The position numbers and the translations under genes were made by a program. A DNA stretch of 64,000 bases, taken from the NCBI GenBank assembly GCA_038897035.1, contig JAWAXF010000003.1, positions 64,064 through 128,063 on the forward strand. Reading direction: 5' to 3'. A model generated the notes under the pieces. It did not search any database, was not told the origin of the DNA, and was given only the letters and a program-made list of their open reading frames with translations. Source of the DNA: Candidatus Bathyarchaeia archaeon. GTDB taxonomy: Archaea > Thermoproteota > Bathyarchaeia > Bathyarchaeales > DTEX01. Shown one piece after another: positions 10,638 to 20,079 of the stretch (its first letter is position 1; every line of letters begins with the position of its first letter).

Positions 10638-12194
10638 CTAGCGCTCTAGAACAAAGGTCTTCTTCGCTATAGGTCTCTCCCTGATCTCGTGGATCAGCAT
10701 CTCCATCCTATCCCCCACGCCTATGGCCGGGTTCTCCTCAAAGATCTTTATTGGGTTCTCGAGTCTACTCGCCCTTTCAGCAAATATCGTTGCCAGCGGC
10801 TCGCCCTCCAAAACTTTGTCCCCAATCTTCTTATGTAGCAGTATGCCTGCACCCTTATCCCTTGGCGCCCCAGCCAACCTCGCAGCCTCAATTATCAAAG
10901 AATTATCTATCCATAAGACCACACCACTCCTCTTTGAGCGGACAGTATACCTTTGAGAGCCCAGCGCTATGTCATCCGGAGTCATCTTTGGGTCCCCGCC
11001 CTGCGCAGCTATGATCTCCCTCAACTTCTCCTCAGCTTTACCGCCCTCAAGAACCTTTAGGGCTAATTCTCTCCCATAACCGCTCTTAGCCTTCCCGCTC
11101 ATCTCCAACAGTATGCCCGCTATGTGGACAGCCTTATCAATTAAATCGTAGGGCCTGCTCCTGCCCATTATCGTGTTTAAGGCCTCCCAGGCCTCTAGGG
11201 CGGGCCCAACAGTGTAGCCGACTGGCTGCTCCCCATACGTCACAGCGCACCTAACCTTTATCCCAAGTCTCCTACCGATCTCAAGAAAATCCTTGGCCAG
11301 CAGATCCGCCTCCCCAATGGTCTTCACCTTCGTCCCCCTACCCGTCGGTATATCCACCACAAGGAGGTTTGCCCCCACAGCCTTCTTTTTACTCATTATC
11401 GATGGTAGAAGAAGTGGGTCTATTGATAGTGGGTGCTCAACCCTAATGAAAATGTCGTCCGCGGGCGCCAGATCCAGCGCCCCTCCCCAGACAATACATC
11501 CATTAGTCTTCTCAACAACCTCGCGCACCTCATCCAGTTTAAGGTTAACTGGCATTAGGACCTCAGCTCTATCAGCCGTTCCAGCAGCGGAAGTTACCGC
11601 CCGTGAGGAGGATTTGGGTATAGTTAGGCCTGAAGCCGCTATAATTGGGACCGCTAGGAGTGTTGTCTTATCCCCCGGAACGCCGCCTATGGAGTGCTTG
11701 TCCACTATTAGCGGCTTCTTTAGGTCAAGCTTGCTTCCAGTCTCAACCATAGCGAGCGATAGGCTCGCAGCCTCATCTAAATCCAGCCCAAATGCGTGGA
11801 GGGTCACTATAAAGGCCGAAAGCTCAACCTCGCTAAGCCTTCCACTAACCACATCCCTAACTATCTCATACATCTCTTCATAGGTTAGCCTTCTGCCGCC
11901 GAGCTTACTTCTAATATGGTAAACTGACGCCGGTATACCTATGGCCTCTACCTCAACCTCCTCCCCATCCTCTAAGCCTAGAGAACCTTTAACCTCGTTA
12001 TATATGCCAATATAGCCTCTTGGAATGCTCTCAATAGCCAAATTAACTATCGCCGTCACATCCTTAGGCCCCTTTGAAACCCTAACTCTGCTGAGCCCAG
12101 ATACGCCGAGGTCCTCAGCATCCTCGCGGTTAAGAATAACAATGAACCTTCCACCAGCCTCTAAATCAAGTAACCTAGCCCTCAGCTTCGCCAT
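10638..12194 (-). CDS. deoA: AMP phosphorylase (thymidine phosphorylase family)
   Basis: DKHSIGGVPGDKTT motif plus the N-terminal extra domain typical of archaeal AMP phosphorylase. The start was moved to the internal ATG (MAKLRARLLDLEAGG). The upstream 23 aa of the track ORF look non-coding. Confidence 0.8.
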   Translation of the reverse strand: MAKLRARLLDLEAGGRFIVILNREDAEDLGVSGLSRVRVSKGPKDVTAIVNLAIESIPRGYIGIYNEVKGSLGLEDGEEVEVEAIGIPASVYHIRSKLGGRRLTYEEMYEIVRDVVSGRLSEVELSAFIVTLHAFGLDLDEAASLSLAMVETGSKLDLKKPLIVDKHSIGGVPGDKTTLLAVPIIAASGLTIPKSSSRAVTSAAGTADRAEVLMPVNLKLDEVREVVEKTNGCIVWGGALDLAPADDIFIRVEHPLSIDPLLLPSIMSKKKAVGANLLVVDIPTGRGTKVKTIGEADLLAKDFLEIGRRLGIKVRCAVTYGEQPVGYTVGPALEAWEALNTIMGRSRPYDLIDKAVHIAGILLEMSGKAKSGYGRELALKVLEGGKAEEKLREIIAAQGGDPKMTPDDIALGSQRYTVRSKRSGVVLWIDNSLIIEAARLAGAPRDKGAGILLHKKIGDKVLEGEPLATIFAERASRLENPIKIFEENPAIGVGDRMEMLIHEIRERPIAKKTFVLER

Positions 12195-12327
12195 AAAGCC
12201 CACCAACAATAAACTTCTCAGATAAAGCTTACACCAATGGAGATAAAAGGTTTCATCGGCCACCCCGACTTTAGGTAAATTTTATGTTCAGTTAAATCCT
12301 TGTTGTTTATGTGAGTGTGGGTCTCCA

Positions 12328-13623
12328 TTGTCTAGTTCAAAGCTCATATATGTTGTCATTGACGGCATGGGGGACCTGCCCGTAGAGGAGCTAGGAAATA
12401 AGACGCCGCTTGAGTTTGCCGAGACACCTAACATGGATTTCTTGGCTAGTAGGGGTAAGCTCGGCTTGGTGTATACTGTTGGGCGGGGCGTTGCTCCGGA
12501 GAGCCACGTGGCCGCTGTATCAATTTTGGGATACGACCCCCACATATATTACATTAGGAGGGGACCCATAGAGGCCTATGGAGCCGGCCTAGATGTGGTG
12601 GATGGGAACCTAGCTCTGAGGTGCAACTTCGCAACGCTTGGCTCGGGTGGGGTTATAGTCGATAGGAGGGCTGGAAGAGACCTAACAACCGAGGAGGCTT
12701 CAAGGCTCGCTCAAGCCATAAACAGGGCCATTAGGTTGGAATCCCATCCAGCGGAGTTTGAGTTTAAGAGTACGGTCGGCTATAGGGGGGTCCTAATGAT
12801 AAGGAGTAAGAGTATCCCGCTCTCAGATAAGATTTCAGTTATGGATCCGGTTTACGATAGGGTTGCCGGGCTGGAGGTTGCTAAGTCCGGGGTCGATATG
12901 TCCTTAAGGGAGTGCATCCCGCTCGAGGATAACGAGTCCGCGAGGGTCTCAGCGGATCTGGTGAACGAGTTCATCTCTAAGAGCCACAAGGTTCTTGAGG
13001 AACATGAGGTTAATAGGAGGCGTGAGGCTGAGGGTAAACTTAAGGCTAATGCGATAATTGCACGCGGCGCCGGCAATGCCCTGCCAAAATTCCATAATAT
13101 ATGCGAGAAATATGGTGTTAGATTTGCGTGCTTAGCTGATATGCCAGTTGAGAGGGGGGTTGCCAAGCTCGCCGGCATGCATGTGATCGAGGCTCCACCC
13201 CCCTCCGGAGACGCGGCTGCAGACTGCCTCTTGAGGGCTGAGAGGCTATTAAATAACCTAGAAAGGTTCGACTGCTTTTACATACATATTAAGGGGCCTG
13301 ATGAGCCTGGGCATGATGGGAACTGCCTCCTCAAAGCGAAGGTGATCGCCACCATAGACGAGTGCTTCTTTGGGAGGGTTCTACCGAGAATCGACCTAGA
13401 GAACACGATCGTATGCGTGACAGCCGATCACTCAACCCCATGCAAACTAAGGGCACACAGCGACGACCCGGTCCCCCTGCTGATCTCCGGCGGGGGAATG
13501 GAGAGTGACGGGATAGAAAGATTCTCCGAAAGGAGGTGCGCACGCGGCAGCCTAGGAATAATAGAGAGGGGAACAATGCTAATGCCGCTACTAATGGAAG
13601 CCTACAGAAAGAAAAGCGCTTAA
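12328..13623 (+). CDS. apgM: Cofactor-independent phosphoglycerate mutase, archaeal type
   Basis: VVIDGMGD N-terminus and VTADHSTP metal-site motif. 431 aa. Confidence 0.85.
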   Translation: MSSSKLIYVVIDGMGDLPVEELGNKTPLEFAETPNMDFLASRGKLGLVYTVGRGVAPESHVAAVSILGYDPHIYYIRRGPIEAYGAGLDVVDGNLALRCNFATLGSGGVIVDRRAGRDLTTEEASRLAQAINRAIRLESHPAEFEFKSTVGYRGVLMIRSKSIPLSDKISVMDPVYDRVAGLEVAKSGVDMSLRECIPLEDNESARVSADLVNEFISKSHKVLEEHEVNRRREAEGKLKANAIIARGAGNALPKFHNICEKYGVRFACLADMPVERGVAKLAGMHVIEAPPPSGDAAADCLLRAERLLNNLERFDCFYIHIKGPDEPGHDGNCLLKAKVIATIDECFFGRVLPRIDLENTIVCVTADHSTPCKLRAHSDDPVPLLISGGGMESDGIERFSERRCARGSLGIIERGTMLMPLLMEAYRKKSA

Positions 13624-13636
13624 GCAGAGCACACAA

Positions 13637-13643
13637 TTTATTA
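13637..13643 (+). promoter_or_regulatory. TATA-like box for the SRP RNA gene
   Basis: TTTATTA is centred about 29 nt upstream of the predicted SRP RNA 5' end. Confidence 0.35.
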
Positions 13644-13668
13644 GAACCCTAACCATAATTTTATTCTT

Positions 13669-14003
13669 GGACGGCGGGTCTAAGGCGGGGGGCTAGGGGT
13701 CCCCTGAGAGGCAAATAGCCTCGACCGCAAACCCCCTATATGGCGGGCCGAAAGCCGAGGTAAGGCGCGTAAGGCCGCTGGCTCGGCCAGCCCTAAACAA
13801 TGAGTACCTGTCCTCTGGGGCTAGCGGTCGCGGAGCACCCCTCGTAGGAGGGGGTGTAACCGCGTTTGCCGGGCGAACCTGGCCAGGCCCGGGAGGGAGC
13901 AACCTAAGCCTGGACGCCTAGTGCTCAGAGGGGTGCGGGTACGAGTGGCGGGTTGGCTTGGGCCCGCGGATTCTGCGCGTCGAGCCCCGGTGACCCGCCG
14001 TCC
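13669..14003 (+). ncRNA. Signal recognition particle RNA (archaeal 7S RNA)
   Basis: A 12-bp terminal helix (GGACGGCGGGUC at 13669-13680 pairs with GACCCGCCGUCC at 13992-14003). The helix-8 core CCAGGCCCGGGAGGGAGCAAC matches the conserved SRP RNA motif. The block is far more GC-rich than its flanks. Ends are good to about 10 nt. Confidence 0.85.
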
Positions 14004-14021
14004 AAAATCCTTGTTCTTGGC

Positions 14022-14948
14022 CTAGAGACTCTGGAGGAGCCTGCATGCTTGGCATATCTCTCCCACAGTTGTTTCGCCGCATATACTGCACTGTCTCAAC
14101 TTTACCTCCGGCCTAGCTTCCTTTAGTCTTTCCCTTATCCTCTCAGCGGATCTAAAGATTGTGTACTTTGTTCCCGGGTGCTTCTCTTCGAGTCTGTTAA
14201 GCATGTTTCTTATGTCATTTCTTAAAGCTTCGCTGGCGTATGGGCATGGGTTCTCCTGAAACTTTATCCCCTTCAGGTAGGCGTAGAGGGCTACCTCTCT
14301 CTCTAGGATCTCGCAGAGGGGCTTAACCCTGGGCACAAGCCCCTCTATCTCCTCATTGAAGGCCGGCCCGCTTCTAGATATTCTCGGCGGATCCCCATGC
14401 ACTATATTAATTATGAAGGTCTGTACTTCATCATCCAAGTTATTGGCCAGGGCGATCTTCGTCGCATTAACTTTCCTAGCCAGTATGTTAAGTGCCTTTC
14501 TCCTCAGAACCCCACAGTAGGAGCACGGTGTTAAGCGGCTTCCGGAGGCCCTAACCCTCCTGACGATCTCGTCCAGCGTGTAGCCATAGAGGTCTTTAAA
14601 TGAAATTACATGGTGCTCTACGCCCAGAGCCCGGCAGTTCTCCGAGGCTATTCTAATCGCCTCGTCCCTATAACCTTCTATCCCCTCATCGACGGTTATG
14701 GCGTATAGGGATGCCCTTGGGAAGTCCCTCTCAATCCTCGCCAATATGTGTAGTAGACTAACGCTGTCCTTTCCACCCGAGACCGCGACAGCTATCCTAT
14801 CATTAAACATCAGCATCTTGTACTTAGCGATCGTCGCCCTAACCTTAACTTCAATAGACTCAATGAAGCATTTTGTGCAGAGCTTCTCGCCGGAATACGC
14901 TCTCAAATAGAAGGCTTCCCTAACACCACATGAAGTACATTTCACCAT
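14022..14948 (-). CDS. PP-loop ATPase, TtuA/Ncs6 tRNA 2-thiolation family (paralog)
   Basis: MVKCTSCG...CTKCF N-terminal finger, SGGKDS PP-loop and C-terminal CSICG...CQAC finger. Confidence 0.8.
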   Translation of the reverse strand: MVKCTSCGVREAFYLRAYSGEKLCTKCFIESIEVKVRATIAKYKMLMFNDRIAVAVSGGKDSVSLLHILARIERDFPRASLYAITVDEGIEGYRDEAIRIASENCRALGVEHHVISFKDLYGYTLDEIVRRVRASGSRLTPCSYCGVLRRKALNILARKVNATKIALANNLDDEVQTFIINIVHGDPPRISRSGPAFNEEIEGLVPRVKPLCEILEREVALYAYLKGIKFQENPCPYASEALRNDIRNMLNRLEEKHPGTKYTIFRSAERIRERLKEARPEVKLRQCSICGETTVGEICQACRLLQSL

Positions 14949-14980
14949 GCCTCTGCCCTCCCAGTCTAGTCGCGCATCTG

Positions 14981-16105
14981 CTAGACGCTTGACATGACTA
15001 TGTTTACGAGAAGCAGGAAAATCGATAGTGCGTTGAGGAGTTTCTTTACTGCGGCTCCAACCCTACTTGCTCTCTCAGCTAGGCATTGCAGAAGTCTATC
15101 GCCATCCAAGTATGGTATTGGGAGCATATTTAGCGCCGCGACGCTGACGAGCACTATGAATAGCCAGTTTAGCGTGAGGTATAGATGTACGTCGAGCGGG
15201 TAGCCGAGCCCAAGCCTACTCGGATAATACGGGATCGAGGAGACCAGCCCGATGATGGCCCTCTGCCCACATCCGGGGCTCGGCGCAGCGGTTACGACGA
15301 AATCCCCCCTACCAGTCCTAACAACAATTTCCTCGCCTGGCTTAACACTAGACATAAAATCCCCCAGATCCTGCAGAGTGTGGATCTCATGGTTATTTAA
15401 GGCGTATATTATATCCCATGTTCTGATACCAGCCCTCTGTAAAGGCCCCTCCTCAAGGGTCTCAAGAACTATTAGTCCAGATGGAATTTGTATAAATAGT
15501 CCAGAGAGGAGAAGGAAGACAATTAGCCCAGCAAGCAAATTTGATGCTGAACCAGCTGAGAAAACTTTTATCTTAGCTTTAGGCGGGGCGACATTTAATT
15601 CCCTTTCATCGAGTTCAACGAAGCCCCCGAAGAATGTTGCTAGTAGCAGTGCACCAGCGGACTTTACGCTTATGCTCTCGCTCAGGGCGACGGCGCCGTG
15701 AGCGGCTTCGTGGATAAAGATGGTAATGACTACGGCTACCAGAAAGTATGGCAGCCAGTACAGCCTAAGGGTTACTCCTGGTATAACTAATGCCACTGAG
15801 GAGGATGCTTCATGAACAATAACTACCCTAACAATATTCCATAATAGAAAAGCTAATGCGAGAGCCATAAGCCCAACGCCGATAAACATGCTTACCCAAG
15901 AGAAGGCCCTCCAAGCCCTCCCCCACCTACTTGAGCACCTGTAAAGAAGATCCCTAAACTTCTTTGATTCCCATTTGATAAAAAACGGCCGGATATCTAA
16001 TCCATACCTGCTTAGAGATAGCTTCCTACTGAGGATATACACGACTAGCCAAAATGTTAGAAGGAAGAATGCGAAGTTTAGGGTTTCATTCAATGTATCC
16101 ACCAA
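14981..16105 (-). CDS. Site-2 protease (M50 metalloprotease) with PDZ domain
   Basis: HEAAHG zinc motif in a TM helix, multiple TM segments, a central PDZ-like segment and a C-terminal LNMLPIPYLDGD motif. Confidence 0.85.
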   Translation of the reverse strand: MVDTLNETLNFAFFLLTFWLVVYILSRKLSLSRYGLDIRPFFIKWESKKFRDLLYRCSSRWGRAWRAFSWVSMFIGVGLMALALAFLLWNIVRVVIVHEASSSVALVIPGVTLRLYWLPYFLVAVVITIFIHEAAHGAVALSESISVKSAGALLLATFFGGFVELDERELNVAPPKAKIKVFSAGSASNLLAGLIVFLLLSGLFIQIPSGLIVLETLEEGPLQRAGIRTWDIIYALNNHEIHTLQDLGDFMSSVKPGEEIVVRTGRGDFVVTAAPSPGCGQRAIIGLVSSIPYYPSRLGLGYPLDVHLYLTLNWLFIVLVSVAALNMLPIPYLDGDRLLQCLAERASRVGAAVKKLLNALSIFLLLVNIVMSSV

Positions 16106-16184
16106 TGTGACTTTCTCTACTAATAGCTGAGGCGGCGGAATAAATATATTGGGGTTAAGCTACACGTTATCTTGAGTGGAGAGA

Positions 16185-16331
16185 ATGAAGTGCGAACATG
16201 GAGAAGTTGAGCTTTTAGGTGAGCAGAAGGGCGAGAGATCCACTAACAAGTACTTTAGGTGCCTAAAGTGCGGCAACGTTCTAATCCTATCAGAAGACAA
16301 CGTCCTCTATGAGGTGCCGAAAAGCCGGTGA
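16185..16331 (+). CDS. Possible small zinc-ribbon protein (48 aa)
   Basis: Hand-translated as MKCEHGEVELLGEQKGERSTNKYFRCLKCGNVLILSEDNVLYEVPKSR. It has a CxH...CxxC pattern. It is below the ORF-track length cutoff. Confidence 0.3.
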   Translation: MKCEHGEVELLGEQKGERSTNKYFRCLKCGNVLILSEDNVLYEVPKSR

Positions 16332-16454
16332 ATTCTTATCCGCCGACCTAATAGTCTCCTGATTTGGTGGAGCCGAAAATAAAGGTTATCTTATCATAAA
16401 AGATATATGCTACCCGCCAAGATAATTCTAGAAACTGTTTATGGTGAGATTTAA

Positions 16455-17756
16455 ATGGATAATAAGGCTGTAATAGTGAGTGGTGTTAGGACAGCCATAG
16501 GGAATTTTGGCGGCTCTCTAAGAGATATTCCAGTAGTTAAGCTTGGAAGCATAGTTATTAAGGAGGCTCTTAAGAGGGCTGGCTTAAGGCCGATAATTGA
16601 CGAGAAGGTAAGAGGGTTTGCGCCCACCCCATTTAGGGACTCTGGAATGATAGACCTTGAGAAACAATACTATGACTACGAGAGTTCACTTACCGGCGTA
16701 TATATAAACGAGGTTATTATGGGGAATGTCCTCCAAGCTGGTTTGGGGCAGAACCCGGCGCGCCAAGCTTCAATATATGCTGGGGTGCCGAAGGAGACCC
16801 CTGCCTACACAGTCAATAAGGTTTGCGCCTCTGGATTAAAGGCGATAGCCCTTGGGGCCCAGGAGATAGCTCTCGGCGAGGCCGACATCGTCGTCGCTGG
16901 TGGGATGGAGAACATGAGCCAGGTGCCATACGGGCTACCAAAGGCCCGCTGGGGATATAGAATGGACATTAATGTTAAAGCCGATCTAGTGGACCTAATG
17001 GTTCTTGATGGGCTATGGGAGATATTCTATGGCTATCACATGGGCTACACGGCGGAGAATATAGCCGAGAAATACGGCATCTCTAGAAGGGAGCAGGATG
17101 AGATAGGCGTCTTGAGTCATCAAAGGGCCTTAAGGACGATAAGAGAGGGAATATTTAAGGAGGAGATAGTCCCAGTCACAATTCCGCCAGCGAAGAGGGG
17201 CGAGCCGCCCAAAATATTTGATACGGATGAGCGGCCAAGGGAAACAAACATGGAGCTAATGGCTCAGCTACCACCAGTATTCAAGAAAGATGGAACCGTA
17301 ACTGCTGGAAATGCAAGCGGCATCAACGATGCAGCGGCGGCAGTCGTCCTCATGAGCGAGAAGAAAGCCGAAGAACTGGGCTTAAAACCCCTAGCTTACA
17401 TTAGATGCTATGCCTCTGCCGGCGTAGACCCGGCATATATGGGGCTTGGCCCCATTCCAGCAGTAAGGAAAGTTTTGGATAAGACTGGGTTAACGATAGA
17501 TGATATAGATGTTGTGGAGCTTAACGAAGCCTTCGCAGCTCAGTTCATAGCGTGCCAGAGGGAGCTCGGCCTAGACCTGAATAAGACTAATCTTAATGGG
17601 AGCGGTATATCTCTTGGGCATCCAATAGGCTGCACTGGGGCGAGACTCGTGGTCACAATGATACATGAGATGAAGAGAAGAAACCTTAAGAGGGGTCTAG
17701 CGGCCCTTTGCATAGGCGGAGGACAGGGAATGGCGATGCTCTTAGAGAGGCCCTGA
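16455..17756 (+). CDS. Acetyl-CoA C-acetyltransferase (thiolase II type)
   Basis: VNKVCASGLKA (nucleophilic Cys), GHPIGCTGARL and CIGGGQG motifs. Confidence 0.9.
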   Translation: MDNKAVIVSGVRTAIGNFGGSLRDIPVVKLGSIVIKEALKRAGLRPIIDEKVRGFAPTPFRDSGMIDLEKQYYDYESSLTGVYINEVIMGNVLQAGLGQNPARQASIYAGVPKETPAYTVNKVCASGLKAIALGAQEIALGEADIVVAGGMENMSQVPYGLPKARWGYRMDINVKADLVDLMVLDGLWEIFYGYHMGYTAENIAEKYGISRREQDEIGVLSHQRALRTIREGIFKEEIVPVTIPPAKRGEPPKIFDTDERPRETNMELMAQLPPVFKKDGTVTAGNASGINDAAAAVVLMSEKKAEELGLKPLAYIRCYASAGVDPAYMGLGPIPAVRKVLDKTGLTIDDIDVVELNEAFAAQFIACQRELGLDLNKTNLNGSGISLGHPIGCTGARLVVTMIHEMKRRNLKRGLAALCIGGGQGMAMLLERP

Positions 17757-17924
17757 GGGCGAGCCCCAAGACAGGTATATTTTAGGCGTAATAATCTCCT
17801 AGTTATCTAAAAGGATATTTATCAAAAATATTTTTAATTTTTTGTGAGAAGAGCTAAAAGCCGGCTACTAAATCATATATAGCTCTGTCCCTAAAGGAGT
17901 TGCGGGAATTTTGGGGTTATTAAT

Positions 17925-18632
17925 TTGGCTAAGAAGCCTCTAATTCGGGCTGAAAGGGTTGATGTTAACTATAGCGCTGAGCATTGGAGGTTATTGGCGG
18001 ATTTGAGGAGTAAGGCGATGAGGGTCATGGAGGCGCTTGAGAGGTTTAATATTCCCTGCATCGTTCATGGTAGCATTGCCCGTGGCGATGTTTCGCATAA
18101 AAGCGACGTAGATATATTTGTACCAGAAATCTACTCATCATTTACAATCGAGAATTCCTTGAGGCTCTCCGGCCTTCCAATCATTAGGAGAGTGCTGGTC
18201 CAGGCAACGCCATTCTATGCTGTTAAGGGCTACATTGAAATCGATGAGCGGACATGCGTATCTTTCCCGCTTTCAAAGATGAGGACCGTTGAGAGGGAAT
18301 TCTATAAGTTTGGCGGTGAAGCAACTTTAGAGCTGCTGAGGAAGAATGTTAGGGTGCCCGGTGTTGATAAGAGGTTAATGCTAATCGAGCCGACGGAATC
18401 TGGTCACATCGAAGGCAGCATCATCGGCCAGGAAGAAAAAGTCGCTAAGCTACTTGGGATATCCGTTGAGACGGTGCTTAATAGGGTTCATGTTCTCCTG
18501 CGCCGGGACTCGATCGGGAGGACGGGCCTATTTATTAAAAGGGATCTATCTCCAGACGAAACATTTGAAATAATATTGAAGAGGTTGGCTGACAAAAACC
18601 CAGCTCTAAGAAGAAGACTAAAAGAAGATTGA
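17925..18632 (+). CDS. Pol-beta-superfamily nucleotidyltransferase domain protein
   Basis: HGSIARGDVSHKSDVDIF (GS...DxD NTase motif). The C-terminal part has no recognisable function. Confidence 0.6.
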   Translation: MAKKPLIRAERVDVNYSAEHWRLLADLRSKAMRVMEALERFNIPCIVHGSIARGDVSHKSDVDIFVPEIYSSFTIENSLRLSGLPIIRRVLVQATPFYAVKGYIEIDERTCVSFPLSKMRTVEREFYKFGGEATLELLRKNVRVPGVDKRLMLIEPTESGHIEGSIIGQEEKVAKLLGISVETVLNRVHVLLRRDSIGRTGLFIKRDLSPDETFEIILKRLADKNPALRRRLKED

Positions 18633-18647
18633 GGGGAACTCTATTTC

Positions 18648-19550
18648 TTACAGCAGTTCTCGTAGGTAAACCTTAAATTGGCCGAGCTTACCTCCGTAGT
18701 TACCAGCAGTTATCTTAAGGACCCCTGGGACCTTAACTGTAGCCCCGATTCCCTCAGCCATAGCCGCCTTAATGCTCTCTAGGTTCAGTCCATTTATCAC
18801 TATCTCATATATCACATTCACCCCCTCGGGAACCATCGTATCCGCCACAACCCCCCTTAGCTTAGGGCAGTAGGGATGGTTTGTTGATGCCGGTATCTTA
18901 TATTTAAGTGAGCCGACCTTAGAGCCGGATCGGCATATGCCCCCTGGGAACGGCATTATCACGTCTTTCACCTCCTTCTTTATGGCCTCAACAGCCGCCT
19001 CGGCCGCGGCTAGGCCGGACTTGAGGTCACTAGCCATTATAAAGAAGTTTCCCCCCGCAATTCCCTTCTTGACGCCGAAGCTGTTCTCGACTATGAACTC
19101 GCCCTCCATCACCGGTATACGCCACACTTTCCTGCCGTATAACTCATCGAGCTTCTGGAACCCATCCCCGAAGTATCTTAGGCTCCTCCCCACCTTAAGC
19201 TTCTTGGGAGTCCCCCCTAGGGCATTAAAAGCGGCTGTTGTTGGGCACGTCATCACGCACTGCCCTATCCTGGCGACCATCTGCCTCTTCAGATCACCCC
19301 TCGTGCGGTGGTAGAAGTGAACTAGTGCGCCGACTCTCCCATCCGGGGTCTCTTGGGGCGGTACGAGCCGCTCTACCCCCGCCTCGGCTGGTGAGCCTAT
19401 TATTGAGGATGCGAAGCCAGCGGCGCTCTCAGCCGCTCTCAAAGCCCACTTCTCATTCTCGGCCGTTATCAAAACCCTGCTAACCCACATCTCAAACAAT
19501 TCTGCAAAGGTATCCTCAATCTCAACAGCACCGCATTTAAGGGTGGACAA
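18648..19550 (-). CDS. ftr: Formylmethanofuran:tetrahydromethanopterin formyltransferase
   Basis: The N-terminus VEIEDTFAELFEMWVSRVLITA and a ~300-aa length match the Ftr family pattern. Confidence 0.85.
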   Translation of the reverse strand: MSTLKCGAVEIEDTFAELFEMWVSRVLITAENEKWALRAAESAAGFASSIIGSPAEAGVERLVPPQETPDGRVGALVHFYHRTRGDLKRQMVARIGQCVMTCPTTAAFNALGGTPKKLKVGRSLRYFGDGFQKLDELYGRKVWRIPVMEGEFIVENSFGVKKGIAGGNFFIMASDLKSGLAAAEAAVEAIKKEVKDVIMPFPGGICRSGSKVGSLKYKIPASTNHPYCPKLRGVVADTMVPEGVNVIYEIVINGLNLESIKAAMAEGIGATVKVPGVLKITAGNYGGKLGQFKVYLRELL

Positions 19551-19673
19551 TAATCATCGCCTCCAAACGATTTATTAACTTAAGCAACGTATTTCTTAAT
19601 TAATGTTTCTGGAGAAAAGTAGATAAATACCTTTATGGTCTGTAGATGGTATAATGGGTGGATGGTATAATTT

Positions 19674-20063
19674 ATGGAGTTTATTTTGATTACCGGTAGG
19701 TCGATAGATCAGGGTAAGTTTAAGGAGCACGCCAAGGTCACCGACAAGTATAGGGAAAGCGTAGCTGTTTGCGAGATGCACGTCGATGATATGGAGAATC
19801 TTAACATAAAAGATGGAGATAATATTAAGGTTACAACCGAGTTTGGGTCTGTTGTTGTCAGGGCTAAGAGGTCTAAGAGGATAAGGACGCCTGGCATAGT
19901 TTTTATACCATTTGGCCCATGGGTCAACTCTATATTACCATCTGAAACGGAGGGGACTGGGATGCCGCAACTCAAGGGATTTAAGGTTAGGATCGAGCCT
20001 ACAAGCGAGCCAGTCCCAGACATAAAAGAACTACTCTTAAAAACCTATAGGGCTAAAAAGTAA
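19674..20063 (+). CDS. fwdD: Formylmethanofuran dehydrogenase subunit D
   Basis: 129-aa molybdopterin-dinucleotide-binding beta-barrel (ILITGRS...GDNIKVTTEFGSVVVRAK). Lies directly upstream of fwdB. Confidence 0.8.
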   Translation: MEFILITGRSIDQGKFKEHAKVTDKYRESVAVCEMHVDDMENLNIKDGDNIKVTTEFGSVVVRAKRSKRIRTPGIVFIPFGPWVNSILPSETEGTGMPQLKGFKVRIEPTSEPVPDIKELLLKTYRAKK

Positions 20064-20079
20064 GGGGGTAGGATGATAT

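Noticed and set aside
13693-13902. 69-aa minus-strand ORF (MLPPGPGQVRPANAV...)
   Set aside because: It lies entirely inside the SRP RNA gene. Its Pro/Gly/Arg-rich composition simply reflects the GC-rich structural RNA.
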